DNA of 64,000 nt from Octopus vulgaris (Eukaryota), in the NCBI GenBank assembly GCA_951406725.2, contig OX597831.1:69998001-70062000 (forward strand). Direction: 5' to 3'. The number at the start of each line of letters is the position of its first letter. Position 1 is the stretch's first letter. Under the pieces are notes generated by a model. The model was given only the letters and a program-made list of their open reading frames with translations, was not told where the DNA came from and made no database searches. This document shows, in pieces, positions 12,260 to 24,566 of the stretch. Position numbers and translations under genes: made by a program.

Positions 12260-14400
12260 TGGTAATGAGGATGACAACATTTAAACTTGAACAACTTGGA
12301 AAAAGCTGATGCCTGGCTGATACAGTTCGAAGCAAAAATTGAATGTGATGACATTAAAGATGTCAAAAAGAAGCCAACATGTCTTTCTACCTGCGAAGTT
12401 GAAGCCATAATGAAGTTAAAAGATGCTCTTCTCCTGGTAAGCCTTCAGAATGCAACAGACCAGCAAATAATGAATGCGTTGCAACAGCTAATAAAGCTGA
12501 AGGAGAGACTGTTAATTGGGAACAGATTAAAATTATTGGAACTGAAGCAACTAGAAAAGGAGTCAATCAGCAACTTCCTTCTTAGGATTAATTCTCAAGC
12601 TTCCTTCTGTCATTTGAATAGGCTGAAAGAAGATCTGGAAGAAGAAATCATGAAACTCATTTTCATCATGGGATTGTTGTCAGCAGAGATAAAGTTTAAA
12701 ATTTTGGATCAATTACGGTGTCATTCTAAGATAAAATATGCTGAAATAGCTGCTCTCGCATACACCATTGAATCAGAAACCCTGTCTGTGAGTTGTTATC
12801 AAACAACAACAAATATTAATGTCAACAAGAATACCCCAAGTAGCAGTTTGTGGCATTGTAGCAAAATGTCAACATTGTGGGCATACACACAAAGCTCGTG
12901 TGTGTCCGGCATATGGGAAAGATTGTAATAAGTATGGCAAATTAGGGCATTTTGCATAATTTTGCCTATCTAGAAACGATCACCGTGTAGACAACATAAA
13001 TGTATCTCCAAGCGAGACTGGATCTGTCAATAGTTTGTTGCTAAACATGAACAACAATGAGAGCACAGACAACACATGTTTTTGCAAGTGCTTTATAAAT
13101 AACATAGATATGAGAGTGGATACTGGGGCAGCTTGTCCGATAGTCCTGTTACCGTTTGCTTCACAGTTAGGTATCTCAACTGAATCATGCCACAATAGAT
13201 TAACCACTCTTGAAGGTTCAGATCAAAACGTTGTTGGATCAATCCAAGTGATATTTAATCTCAACAACACCGTGTCATGAAAATTCATTGTGGTAAACAG
13301 CCTATAGTCTGTTAGGCTGATTGGAAAAGATATTAAAGGTAGTTTGTTTTGTTTCAATTTGAACGCGGATGTGTTCCCAGTTTTGTGGTCCGAGTTAACT
13401 GCTTGGATGTGAGATATAACATGATGAGTTTAGCAAGTCACATTCCAGTACATTTGGAAAAAGAAGTTAAAGCTGAATTGAAGAGGTTCGAAATGATGGT
13501 TATCATTACACCATCGGATTACTCTGGAGTCAGATGTGCCTCACCTGTGATATGGCTGAGGAAAAAAATGGATTATTTCACGTATGCACCAATTATGTGG
13601 CTTGCTGAAAGCACATATTAACACCTATTCTTTTCCCATGCTATCAATCGACACTATTTTTTTCTGGTATGTCAGATGCAAAATTTTTCTCCACTATCAA
13701 TTTAAAGCATGTGTATTGGCAAATACCTTTAGTAGTGGAAGCAAGGTGTATTTGCACTACTAATACAACCAATGGTCTCTACCTGGTTAACAGATTTCAG
13801 AATTGCATGGAAACTCTACTAAAAGGGATCGCAGGAGTCAGGTTATACCAAGATGATATCCTCATCTATGCTAGTAGTGAAGCAAAACTGATGAGCAGAG
13901 AAAATGCAGTAGTTGCAAGGTTAACCAAGGTGCAGTTCTCCATTAATAAAGGAAAGTCATTAACCAGAAGAAATGAACATATCTGAAGAGGGTATTTCTC
14001 CATCACAGTAATTGGTAACAAAACTAAAAGACATACAAGTACCAAAATCGAAGGAAGATGTTGACAAACTGTTGACTTTGACAAATTACTACAGAAGATT
14101 TGTCCTGGTGAATGCTGAAAAAGTAGAACCACTCTTATCAGCTAGATCTAAAGAATTTAAATGGGGTAAACAGCAAGATAAGGCCTTCCGTATGCTTATC
14201 ACTCATCTTTCAGAGGCTCCAGTTTTGCAGCTGTACTCAATGGAGAATATGAGCACTCTCACTGTAGATGCATCTTCGATTGCAGCAGCTGGGGTGTTAT
14301 CCCAGGAAGGATACTCAGTAGCATTCATAAGCCACACCTTTAGTCAGGTACAACGAAATTGGTCGAACAGAGAAAACTGAACGGGTCTAATTGGAACATC
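12260..14400 (+). mobile_element. Decayed Ty3/gypsy LTR retrotransposon (gag, protease, RT, RNase H; no integrase seen)
   Basis: Gag-like ORF 12287-12928; frameshifted double zinc knuckle CQHCGHTHKARVCPAYGKDCNKYGKLGHFA*FC from 12867; protease VDTGA; RT FSTINLKHVYWQIPL and LYQDD; RNase H TVDASSIAAAGVLSQ...NWSNRE; many stops and frameshifts. Confidence 0.9.
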
Positions 14401-14877
14401 GTTAATCACATGGCTTATCTTTTAATGTTGGCCTGGGGCTGAATGCCTACAACTATCCTTACTTCTATAAGCACAACTATGCAATTTCAATCATCACCGT
14501 TTGTCTCCCTACCATTCCTATCCTTATTAGGGTTGACATGGGCTAAACAATCCCAACAAAATGCAAACCTCAGCCACCATCACCACTGTCACAACCACCT
14601 TCCTTTAATACTTCCCAGCACTACCACCGTTGCCACCAGTCTAAACATTAACAGCTGAATCAGTAATGTTTTCATCTCAAAGCCAATACTTGTGTGCCTC
14701 TGTAGGAGTTAACAAGAGTACCTCTATATGATCCAGTAAAGATATCCCTTCTATTGTTGCTCAAATTGCTATAAAACGCAGTGAAATCACAATCACATTT
14801 GCCACTCTTAAAAGGAAAGGATACTTTAGATCGTTGATGCAATTTGTTGAAGGATCAAGGATGATTGTCCCTCTAAT

Positions 14878-15229
14878 CGACGCCGTGGAGATCTCATTCT
14901 TGCTCACAACATCATAAGCAGAAAGTGTAACCTCTCGAAAGAGCTGTTCTTCGCTCCTGCTCCAGAGTGTTGGCTGCGGGGTCATTCCGAAAAGCTCTAT
15001 CTGCGACGATTTCATCTCAATCAAAGGAGAGGGGCTTTCTCCGTCCGGGTTGCGGATCCGTGGAATAAGCTGCCGGACGAGATGGTGAAGATGCCGACGA
15101 CCACTCGGTTCAAAGTCTCCCTTGACCACAAATGGCCTGAACTCTTTACATGAACACCACCCTGTACATAACTCCATGTCCCCCTACATGGCCTTGCTTT
15201 TTGAGCCAAAAAATTAACTAACTAACTAA
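14878..15229 (+). mobile_element. CR1 LINE 3' end (ORF2 C-terminus, 3'UTR, (AACT)n tail)
   Basis: Open frame 14878-15153: RRRGDLILAHNII...LRGHSEKLYLRRFHLNQRRGAFSVRVADPWNKLPDEMV...FKVSLDHKW, the typical CR1 ORF2 terminus. Confidence 0.88.
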
Positions 15230-16194
15230 TCCAACTCCCATGGGTGCACAGTTGACCTCATTGGCCATTGTAGTATCTGCAAGCTGGTAGGGATGAGGGC
15301 TACCTACATTGTTTTGTTTAGCATGGTGCACATCAGTTTCATCTTGGTCTTAACAGTAAGATTGCATTGATTCCATAGCTGAGTGTCCCAGATGATTAGA
15401 GCAAGCAAAGTGTTTCAATCTTCATCCACTGTCATTGCAGTTTCTAGATTTTAGATTTCATTGCTGCTTTGGTATTTCGAGGCATGACAGGTTATCAGCA
15501 CTTGCCAAAATTGCTGCTTCAAGTCAGCTGAGGGAATAAATGTCTAAATGTTCCTTTCACATAAACTGGAAATAGATCCAAGGTCTGCCAGATCAGAATT
15601 TTTCTACAAGCTAAACAGTAGCAACAAAACAACTTGAAACTTGAAAGAAGACAGTTATTCAATCAAGTGGATGCTTGCTAATGTAGTCACCACTCATTCT
15701 AGCATTAACATCTTCAATACATTTTTAGCTCATTTCTACAGCACTTCTTACAGCCTTTCTCCTTTATTTTTTAAACACTTTTTTGTGTTTCCTTCTTCTG
15801 AGAGTAAGGGTTAATATACAAGCATCACTGCTGGGTAAATGTATGTTATTATTTTTGCAAACATTTCACACCTAATTAAGAACTGAAAGCTCATTAATCA
15901 GATTGCCAATACAATATATGTTTGCTGTTTGTACACTCCTTTTGAAATCAGCAAAAATACTGGCCTAAAATTATTTCAATGCCACACAGAAAATTCAATC
16001 TAAGCTTACATTCAAACAAGTACACACTACCTCCTCTTTGTGTTTACTAATACTTGTTAGACAGCTTGCAAATTTGATTTCTCTCAATCAATCCATTCTT
16101 TTACTGATTTTTCTCTAACACACCCTCTCTTCCTCTCTCTCTCGCTCTCTTCATTTCCCATTTATTTTGGTGGTCGAGGATCATTCACTGCTTT

Positions 16195-16247
<53 letters not shown>

Positions 16248-16759
16248 TGTGGTTTGGCACTATTATTGCTGCTGTTGTTATTGTCGATGCTGTTACAGTC
16301 TCTGTTCTGTTTCTTTTGTAGTTGATGCTGTTGTCACTACTGATATAATTGCTGTTACTATTTCATTTGTGGATGGGATTTTTTTATCTCTTCTTTTTTG
16401 CTGAGTTGAACTGTTTTTACTGTTTCTGCAGGTGTTTTGGGGACTGTTTTTGTTGACGTTGCTTCTGCTGCAAGCTGTTATTGTTACTGTTGTTGTTATT
16501 GCAGTAGTGGTGATTGTTGTTGTAGTTTCTGTTTGTAGTTGTTAGTGCCGCCCACTGTTGAAGCTGCCAGTATTGTTCTTGTTATTATTGCAGTAGTTTT
16601 GGCTCGTTTTTGTCATTGATATAGTTGCTGTTGTTATTATTGTGGTTGTGGCTGCTGTTATTGTTCAATTATTTATTAAATCGGAAATCAGAAATATTCT
16701 GTTTTGTGGCTGTAATGTTGCTGGAAGCAATATTATCAATGACAATACAGTGAAGTCTC

Positions 16760-16803
16760 ATATACATATAAATACATACTTATACATATATATATATATA
16801 TAT

Positions 16804-16854
<51 letters not shown>

Positions 16855-16990
16855 CATATACATATATATATACATACATACATATATATATATATGTATG
16901 TATGTATATATATTTATATATATATATATATGTATAGAGAGATATAAACATTTATATACATACATGCATGTGTGTGTGTGTGTGTATGCA
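16760..16990. repeat. (TA)n/(TACA)n/(TG)n microsatellite block
   Basis: Direct inspection. Confidence 0.95.
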
Positions 16991-17716
16991 TATGAATGTA
17001 TTTGGTGTTTGTGTGTTTGGTCTGTAATAAATATTTAGTTTATTTTGCTTTATTTTTTAGTTTTGTTTTCATCAAGCTGACAATAGAGTTGGTTCCCTGC
17101 TATTATAGACTTTACTTGTACTAAAGAAGAGAGGATAGCTTTAGATGGATTACATTGATGCAGTGTACAATTCAATTTCTTTCAAAGAAATGATTGTCTG
17201 AAAAGGTGAAGCAAACAGGCATTGAAATTAAAAATATATTTTCAAATCAGGTGTTTAATAGTGAAAGTATCGACATATTCTGAATAGACCTAAGTCCAGT
17301 TTTAGTAAAAAATTAACAAGAAATTTGTTGAAAATTACTCAAGTATATTACTGGTATCTATTTTAATGAATGAAAGGTAATGAAAAGCACAGCTACCTCT
17401 TTAGTAAGATATGAATTCAAAATATAGGGAGAAGTAGGTATAGCTGCATGGCTAAGCACTTTGCTTCTGAGTCTGTTCTTGTTCCGTGGCATCTTGGATA
17501 AGTATCTTCAAGTATAGCAGCAAGCTGATCAATGCCTTGTAATTGAAACTGGTTGACAGAAACTGCACAGAAGCCCATCGTATATGTAGAAATATGTGTG
17601 TTTGTTTTCTCCTTTGGGATTTATGTATTGACATAGTTTATGTGATGCACAAAATGTCATCATATAGATAGTGTTATTGTTTATGTCTACCATTAAAACA
17701 TGCCTAAGCATTAAAT

Positions 17717-18257
17717 AAACAATTGCAGCGTGGAAGGTGTTTGTAAGCCATTTAAGAAACACACAAAAGCCGTTTGATTCACTTCAACATTTAAATTTAA
17801 TTTGTCAAAATATTTTCGTTGCTTTAAGACCATGAACAGGTTGCGGTCTTAAAGCGACGAGCTGGCAGAATCATTAGAATGCTGGGCGAAATGCTTAGCA
17901 GTATTTCGCCTGTCTTTACGTTCCGAGTTCAAATTCCGCCGAGGTCGACTTTGCCTTTTATCCTTTCGGGGTCGATTAAATAAGTACCAGTTACGCACCG
18001 CGGTCGATATAATCGACTTAATCCGTTTGTCTGTCCTTGTTTGTCCTCTCTGTGTTTAGCCCCTTGTGGGTAGTAAAGAAATAGGTTTTAAAGCGACGAA
18101 AATATTTTGACAAATTAAACTTAAATGTTGAAGTGAATCAAACGGCTTTTGTGTGTTTCTTAAATGGCCTACAAACACCTTCCACACTGCAATTGTTTTC
18201 GTTTCAGCACACGATCTCAGATCAAATCACTTGCTATGCAAGTACATCTCCGTAAGT
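17717..18257. mobile_element. Fold-back element 1 (Penelope-like inverted pLTR remnant), interrupted by a SINE
   Basis: Arm 17717-17831 is the reverse complement of 17845-17860 plus 18100-18198; partial hammerhead-like motif at centre. Confidence 0.65.
17861..18087 (+). mobile_element. SINE family B with 12-bp TSD
   Basis: gctggcagaatc...gagttcaaattcc...; TSD ttaaagcgacga at 17849-17860 and 18088-18099. Confidence 0.9.
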
Positions 18258-19366
18258 CATTAAATAGTTTGTCAGAAATCAATTCAAAGGACAAGAGCAC
18301 CATGTACCTCACTTGGAAATAAGTAAGGATTGACAACAGGGAAGACATTTCGCTGGAGAACACTGTCTCAACAAGTTTCATGTAATCCTACCAGCATGAG
18401 AAAAGCAGACATGATGAGGATAATGAAGATGGTGGTGGAGTCAGAGGCAGCAGCAGAGTCAGTGGCAGCAATGGAGCGAAAGGTGATAGGTGTGATGACA
18501 GTGTTGATGGCAATGATGATGATGTTGTCAATAATGATGATAACAACAATAAATTACAGTATTTCAGATGGCTAACAAACTTTCAAAAACGAAATTTTTG
18601 GACATATTTACAAATTAGGGCCAAAAAAACATGATGACAAAGTGCGACAGATGGATAGACTGAAGCAGTTAAAGACTCCATCATTTATGGTATGTCTTTA
18701 CCAGCAATGTTCCTTGTAATGAATTTCATTTTTTACTAAGAACTTTCAAGTCCACATCGACTGGAATAGTGCACTAAAATGGATTTTATACTGTTCAATA
18801 AGGACCATTTCCATTTTAACTCAAGTAACACCAGATATATGGTTGATTTTAGTCAAAGCTAAACTTAGAAATTTTTCCAGTATGAAAAATTTGTCAGTGA
18901 AGAAACACATTTTGACAGTATAATTATTTTCACTAAAACATTTTGATAGTATTTTAGATCATAATCATTTAGTGTGCAAGCTATTGAACTGTTGTAGTTT
19001 TGTTTTGGAGAAGGCCCTGACCTAACCTTTAAGTGCACAGTTAATTATATTGTATATTTCTATCAATTTACATTGTTGACTATACAGAGACAATTAACTT
19101 TTAAATTATTGTTATCGAAAATATTGGGGTGAGTGGGGTTGGTAGGGAAATGCTTTCTAATTAGTCTTAAGAAATTTATAGTTATGTCGGATGCTAATTT
19201 CATACCAAAATGTAAGTTGAATAAAATTGTTTGTTCCTGGCTTTATTATTCTCTAGGTTTTGTTCAAGTTGGTATTTTAACTTTTTCTATGAAACCCATC
19301 TTATTCTCTAGTATCATTATAATAGAAGAATCAGTTAGATTTGTCAAGCAATGTATTTGACTGTTT

Positions 19367-19770
19367 AAGGCAGCGAGCTGGCAGAAACGTTAGCACGCTG
19401 GGCGAAATGTGTAGCCGTATTTCGTCTCCTGTTACGTTCTGAGTTCAAATTCCGCCGAGGTCAACTTTGCCTTTCATCCTTTCGGGAGTCAATAAATTAA
19501 GTACCAGTTACACACTGGGGTCAATATAATCGACTTAATCCATTTGTCTGTCCTTGTTTGTCCCCTCTGTGTTTAGCCCCTTGTGGGTAGTGAAGAAATA
19601 GGTATTTTGTCTGTGTTTACTTCCTGAGTTCAAATTCTGCCAAGGTTGACTTTGCCTTTCATCTTTTCAGGATCGATAAATTAAGTCCCAGTTGCATACT
19701 GGGGTCAATCTAATAGACTGGCCCTTTCCCCAAAAAATTCCGGCCTTGTGCCTAAAGTAGAAAAGAATAT
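19367..19770 (+). mobile_element. SINE family B with internal partial duplication
   Basis: aaggcagcgagctggcagaa head; ctgagttcaaattc...gcctttcatc...taagt module occurs twice. Confidence 0.85.
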
Positions 19771-20429
19771 ATTTGACAGTTTATAAATGTGTCACTGCAG
19801 ATTTCTTAAAATTGCAGGTTGAAGAAAATATTTCTCATGACATAGAGAAACTCTTGTTTGTTTGTTTTTTTTTTATCTATAATATCATTCTGCTGCAGTC
19901 TACAAATGTAGCTCTTTAAACAAATACTATCTTAACTCGAGGATAAAACTGAAAATGGTATATATCATACAAATTAAAATATTTGCTTAACAGTTCACTA
20001 TTAAACCGAACCAAGTGGGTGAAAAATATTTTGAATTGTAACACATACACACACACATTTACACATGCATGTGTGTGTGTGTGCGTGTGCTTGTGTGTGT
20101 GTGCATGCTGCTGTTATGTTCAGAGCCGTCTGAGCTATGAAAATCTAAGCAGTTATGTTTGCTTTCTGTATAGTTGTTAACTACTATACTGGTTAGTGTT
20201 ATCAATTACAGGGTACAGAGCAAATATCGGGAAAATAAGAATAAACACAAGTTTATATTAAAGGGAACACTCTGTTGTAGAGGTCGTGGAGTGAATGTGC
20301 ATCAATATGCATTCGGAAATTCCATCATAGGGTTCCAAATAAACATGATGGTAAAACATGCATCGGAACTTTAAAATAAACTAATGTTTATCCTTATTTC
20401 CCCCCCCCACACACACATGTATGTGTATA

Positions 20430-22085
20430 TCTCTTATTATAAAAGGCAGATTTTATCTGCCTCCCTTTGTAACTTATAGAAACCTACAATATAGGATTTC
20501 TTCAATTACAATTTACCTAGCATTTTTAAGAGTGGAATGCATCGGGTCATGCCAGGTCCAGTTTTTAAAATTTAAACTCCAATTAAGCAAAATTTACAGA
20601 AAACTCACATTCTGGTGTGTATGTCAAATGCTTTTCTTAATGTGATTTACACCACACGCACACACACAGTGTGCAACGAATAAAATGAAAGTAAATAGCG
20701 ACAGAGTGATTTGAGGAAGACTAAACTGAGAGTATTTAAACCACTACTCAAAAAATAAAAAAACACAGCAAACAGAAACAAATAAATACATAACGATTTA
20801 CTCCTCACACAATTTCTTCAATTAGAGTTTACCTAAGATTTTTCAAAGTACTCCATTCGGTCATGCCATAATATATTTCTTTCATTTTCACCCCCAATTA
20901 AGACAAAATTCGAGAAAACTCAATATTTTAACATTTCACTCCGAAAGCATTGATGTACATGTGTGCGTGCGTGAGTGTGTGTGTGTGTGTGTGTGTTTGA
21001 TGGGTTGTGCGACACAGAAAGTGTGGTGTGTAAGTGAAGTGCTTTTGTTAGTGTGTGTAAAGAGACAGACAGAGTGAAAGACAGAAATAACTGAACTTTT
21101 TTTATTCACTTTTTGTAGTGAGTGACTGAGAGAGAAAAGGGAGAGAGAGGTTATGTATGTATATATGTATGTATGGCTTCAGTGACACACACACACAAAA
21201 ACACATACCTACGTACACCTAAAGCACGCACACACACACACACAAGCGAAGCGCGAACTTCAAAATTTTGGTAGTATTAATTTGCAAGCGTACTTCTAAG
21301 CGCGCGTAATTGAAAGTTTTCACTATGATATCATCACGTGCGAAAAAATTCGAAGGGTTTTGAACAATTGAAATACACATGTCATGCCTGTATTGAAACC
21401 ATTGCTAAGCTGCCGTAATTGCTTAATTAAGACTTTGTTTAAATTGAAAGGGGCAAATATGTGACGAGGTTGAAAAAAATACCCCAGAAAAAAAAATGTA
21501 CTGCTGGTATTTATATAATTCACTACTATTTTGCTACAATGTCATGAAAAAGAAAAAAATTAGGTATGTAAATCGAATTCGCCACCCTCTTTTCCCCGTT
21601 TGCGTTTGTGTAAAAAAAATTATTATTTAAGTTTTAAAAATTATTTACTTTGTTCAAAAAATATTAATATTAATTAATTTTCAAGAATTATTTAATTTTA
21701 TTCTGTAAAATAGTAATTAATTCATTTATCTGTAAATCCGCGAGGTTGTTACTCAGGCACCTAGAATGGTAACCTTCAACTAACACTATCTCCTCCGAGA
21801 CCCTGCGGCGCAAGTTGACCAAAATTGAGTGTATGGTAGAAGAAGGGTTGCTCTTCCTTCCGTAGAACATAAAATTCAAATCGGACCATGTTAACACCAA
21901 AAATTATTTACATCAAAAAGATGCTTTTTTCTATGAAAATCCCTATTTTTTACGATTTTTTCACTGCTGTGTCGCCACTTTTCGGTGTATTTCGACCAGA
22001 AAAATGTTCACAAAATTTTTACTTTTCAAAATTACAATTCCAGCGGGTCGAAACAAATCCGAGCAACGCCGGGCGATACTGCTAG
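20430..22085 (+). mobile_element. Non-autonomous Helitron
   Basis: 5' TC (A|TCTCTTATTATAAAAG), 3' GC-rich hairpin ccgagcaacgccggg about 10 nt before terminal CTAG|T, inserted at an A/T site without TSD. Confidence 0.8.
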
Positions 22086-22248
22086 TGAATAATAACACAA
22101 ATGGACTGAGATTCACTTCAGCTGCTTCAAGTCAAATTCTTTGCAATTGCAGCATGTATAAAAACTTTTTCTTCTGGTGAATTAAAATCAAGAAGAAAAT
22201 GTTTTTATTTTTTCACATTATGTAAATGATTTGTTCATCAATAAACAC

Positions 22249-22796
22249 CATCATCATCATCATCATCGTTTAGCGTCCGCTTTCCATGCTGGCATGGGTT
22301 GGACGGTTCGACTGGGGTCTGGGAAGCCAGAAGGCTGCACCAGGCCCAGTCTGATCTGGCAATGTTTCTACAGCCGATGCCCTTCCTAATGCCAACCACT
22401 CCGTGAGTGTAGTGGGTGCTTTTTACGTGCCACCGGCACAGGTGCCAGACGAGGCTGGCAAACGGCCACGATTGGATGGTGTTTTTTATGTGCCACCGGC
22501 TCGGAAGCCAGGCGAGGCTGGCAACGGCCACGATCGGATGGTACTTTTTATATGCCACTGGCACGGAGGCCAGTCGGGGTGGTGCTGGCAATGGCCATGT
22601 TCGGATGCTTCTCTTACGTGCCCTCGGCACTGGTATCACAGCTACAATTTCAATTGATGTTGATCGATTTCAATTTTGATTTTGATTTTGATTTTGATTC
22701 TCACTTGCCTCAACAGGTCTTCACAAGTAGAGTTCTGTGTCCCAAGAAGGAAAGGTATGCATAAGTGGACTGGCTACATCCCAGGGAGAGGCCACA
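22249..22796 (-). mobile_element. RTE-type retroposon 3' end (family D) with internal ~60-bp tandem repeats and (GAT)n tail
   Basis: catcatcatcgtttagcgtccgctttccatgc...cccttcctaatgccaacc; repeated gtgccaccggc...ggctggcaacggccacgatcggatggt units. Confidence 0.75.
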
Positions 22797-22942
22797 TCAT
22801 GTCTAAAATAGCTGTAGTGAACCTCAGCCCATTGGTGTTGTAATTTATACTACATCACACTCGGAACCTTCTCTGTGTTGGATTTTGATCCTATTGTAGA
22901 CCAGGAACTGCATATCAGAGTATATACTTGTGTGATTTTACA

Positions 22943-23354
22943 GGCGCAGGTGTGGCTGTGTGGTAAGTAGCTTGCTAACCAACCACATGGTTCCGGGTTC
23001 AGTCCCACTGCGTGGCATCTTGGGCAAGTGTCTTCTGCTATAGCCCCGGGACGACCAATGCCTTGTGAGTGGATTTGGTAGACGGAAACTGAAAGAAGCC
23101 TGTCGTATATATATATATATGTATGTATGTGTGTATGTGTGTCTGTGTTTGTTCCCCTATCATTGCTTGACAACTGATGCTGGTGTGTTTACGTCCCCGT
23201 CACTTAGCGGTTCGGCAAAAAGAGACCGATAGAATAAGTACTGGGCTTACAAAGAATAAGTCCCGGGGTCGATTTGCTCGACTAAAGGTGGTGCTCCAGC
23301 ATGGCCGCAGTCAAATGACTGAAACAAGTAAAAGAGTAAAAGAGTAAAAAGAGT
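22943..23354 (+). mobile_element. SINE family A, full length
   Basis: Complete head-to-tail unit with (agtaaaag)n tail. Confidence 0.92.
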
Positions 23355-23542
23355 ATATGTTGAATGTATTTGGTCTATACTTGTGGACGTATGCATAACT
23401 GGAAGGTGTATACTTTAATAAGTACATGAATTCCTGTACACACCGTTGATACATAGGTATACTGTCCTTGACCTCTGTTTAGGTGATTTTGTTATTAAAA
23501 TACCTCATTTCTATTGGATCCTGTACACACACACAAACACAG

Positions 23543-23636
<94 letters not shown>

Positions 23637-23637
23637 T

Positions 23638-24020
23638 GGAGGCGCAATGGCCCAGTGGTTAGGGCAGCGGACTCGCGGTCATAGGATCACGGTTTCGATT
23701 CCCAGACCGGGCGTTGTGAGTGTTTATTGAGCAAAAACACCTAAAGCTCCACGAGGCTCTGCCAGGGGATGGTGGTGATCCCTGCTGTACTCTTTCACCA
23801 CAACTTTCTCTCACTCTTACTTCCTGTTTCTGTTGTACCTGTATTTCAAAGGGCCGGCCTTGTCACTCTCTGTGTCACGCTGAATATCCCCGAGAACTAC
23901 ATTAAGGGTACACGTGTCTGTGGGGTGCTCAGCCACTTACACGTTAATATCACGAGCAGGCTGTTCCGTTGATTCGGATCAACCGGAACCCTCGTCGTCG
24001 TAACCGACAGAGTGCTTCCA
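23638..24020 (+). mobile_element. SINE family C (tail type 1)
   Basis: tRNA-like head TGGCCCAGTGG / GGTTTCGATTCCC; near-identical to 9611-9994. Confidence 0.9.
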
Positions 24021-24046
24021 TCCATATGTATATATATACATATATG

Positions 24047-24331
24047 TGAAAAACAAGTCAAGATAGAAAATGCTAAAATGATTTTATAAAGAACATTTCA
24101 GTACCGGTTTCAATCATTTGAGACCTTTTCAACTGTAACTATTAAATAATTAAATTTAGAAAAACTTTTCTTTTAATTTTTCTAAATTTAATTATTTAAT
24201 CGTTACAGTTGAAAAGGTCTCAAAATGACTGAAACCGGTACTGAAATGTTCTTTATAAAATTATTTTATCATTTTCTATCTTGACTTGTTTTTTCAAATA
24301 TATCAACTCTGTGTGTCCCTTTTCATCCTTG
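24047..24331. mobile_element. Fold-back element 2 (Penelope-like inverted pLTR remnant)
   Basis: Arms 24047-24164 and 24176-24296 are near-perfect reverse complements; lies in TA-rich microsatellite. Confidence 0.75.
24203..24246 (+). ncRNA. Minimal type I hammerhead ribozyme-like motif, U3-A8 variant
   Basis: CAG-TTGAAAA-GGTC(tcaaaat)GACT-GAAA-CCGG-TA-CTG; mirrored copy on minus strand at 24096-24138. Confidence 0.65.
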
Positions 24332-24483
24332 TATATATATATATACACATACATACATATACAAAAAAATTTTCAGAATGAGATAAAAATCCAAGGCTGT
24401 GAAAGATTTTAGAACATTTATAAATTGAAGGTCTTACAGCTGTTTCTGATAAAATAACTATTGCTTAACCATTTTCTCACACC

Positions 24484-24531
24484 GTCTCCGATGAAAGGAT
24501 ATATAATATATCCTGAAAACAGCTGTAAGAC
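24484..24531 (+). ncRNA. Minimal type I hammerhead-like motif, CCGAUGA core
   Basis: GTCT-CCGATGA-A-AGGATATA(taa)TATATCCT-GAAAAC-AGCT-GT-A-AGAC; stems I, II and III all pair; one extra A after GAAA. Confidence 0.6.
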
Positions 24532-24566
24532 CTTCTATTTATAAATGTTCTAAGATCTTTCACAGC

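Noticed and set aside
14761-15177. 138-aa minus-strand ORF
   Set aside because: Antisense to the CR1 ORF2 fragment on the plus strand
22400-22640. Repeat array as a possible CRISPR
   Set aside because: Degenerate head-to-tail units without unique spacers, inside a eukaryotic retroposon
23308-23330. SINE A tail CAGTCaaatGACTGAAAC resembling a hammerhead stem II plus GAAA
   Set aside because: No CUGANGA-like core upstream and no stem III or stem I; better explained as the LINE-recognition stem-loop
23638-23712. tRNA-like sequences at SINE heads
   Set aside because: A/B boxes are present but no proper cloverleaf, and they are embedded in SINE bodies; not tRNA genes
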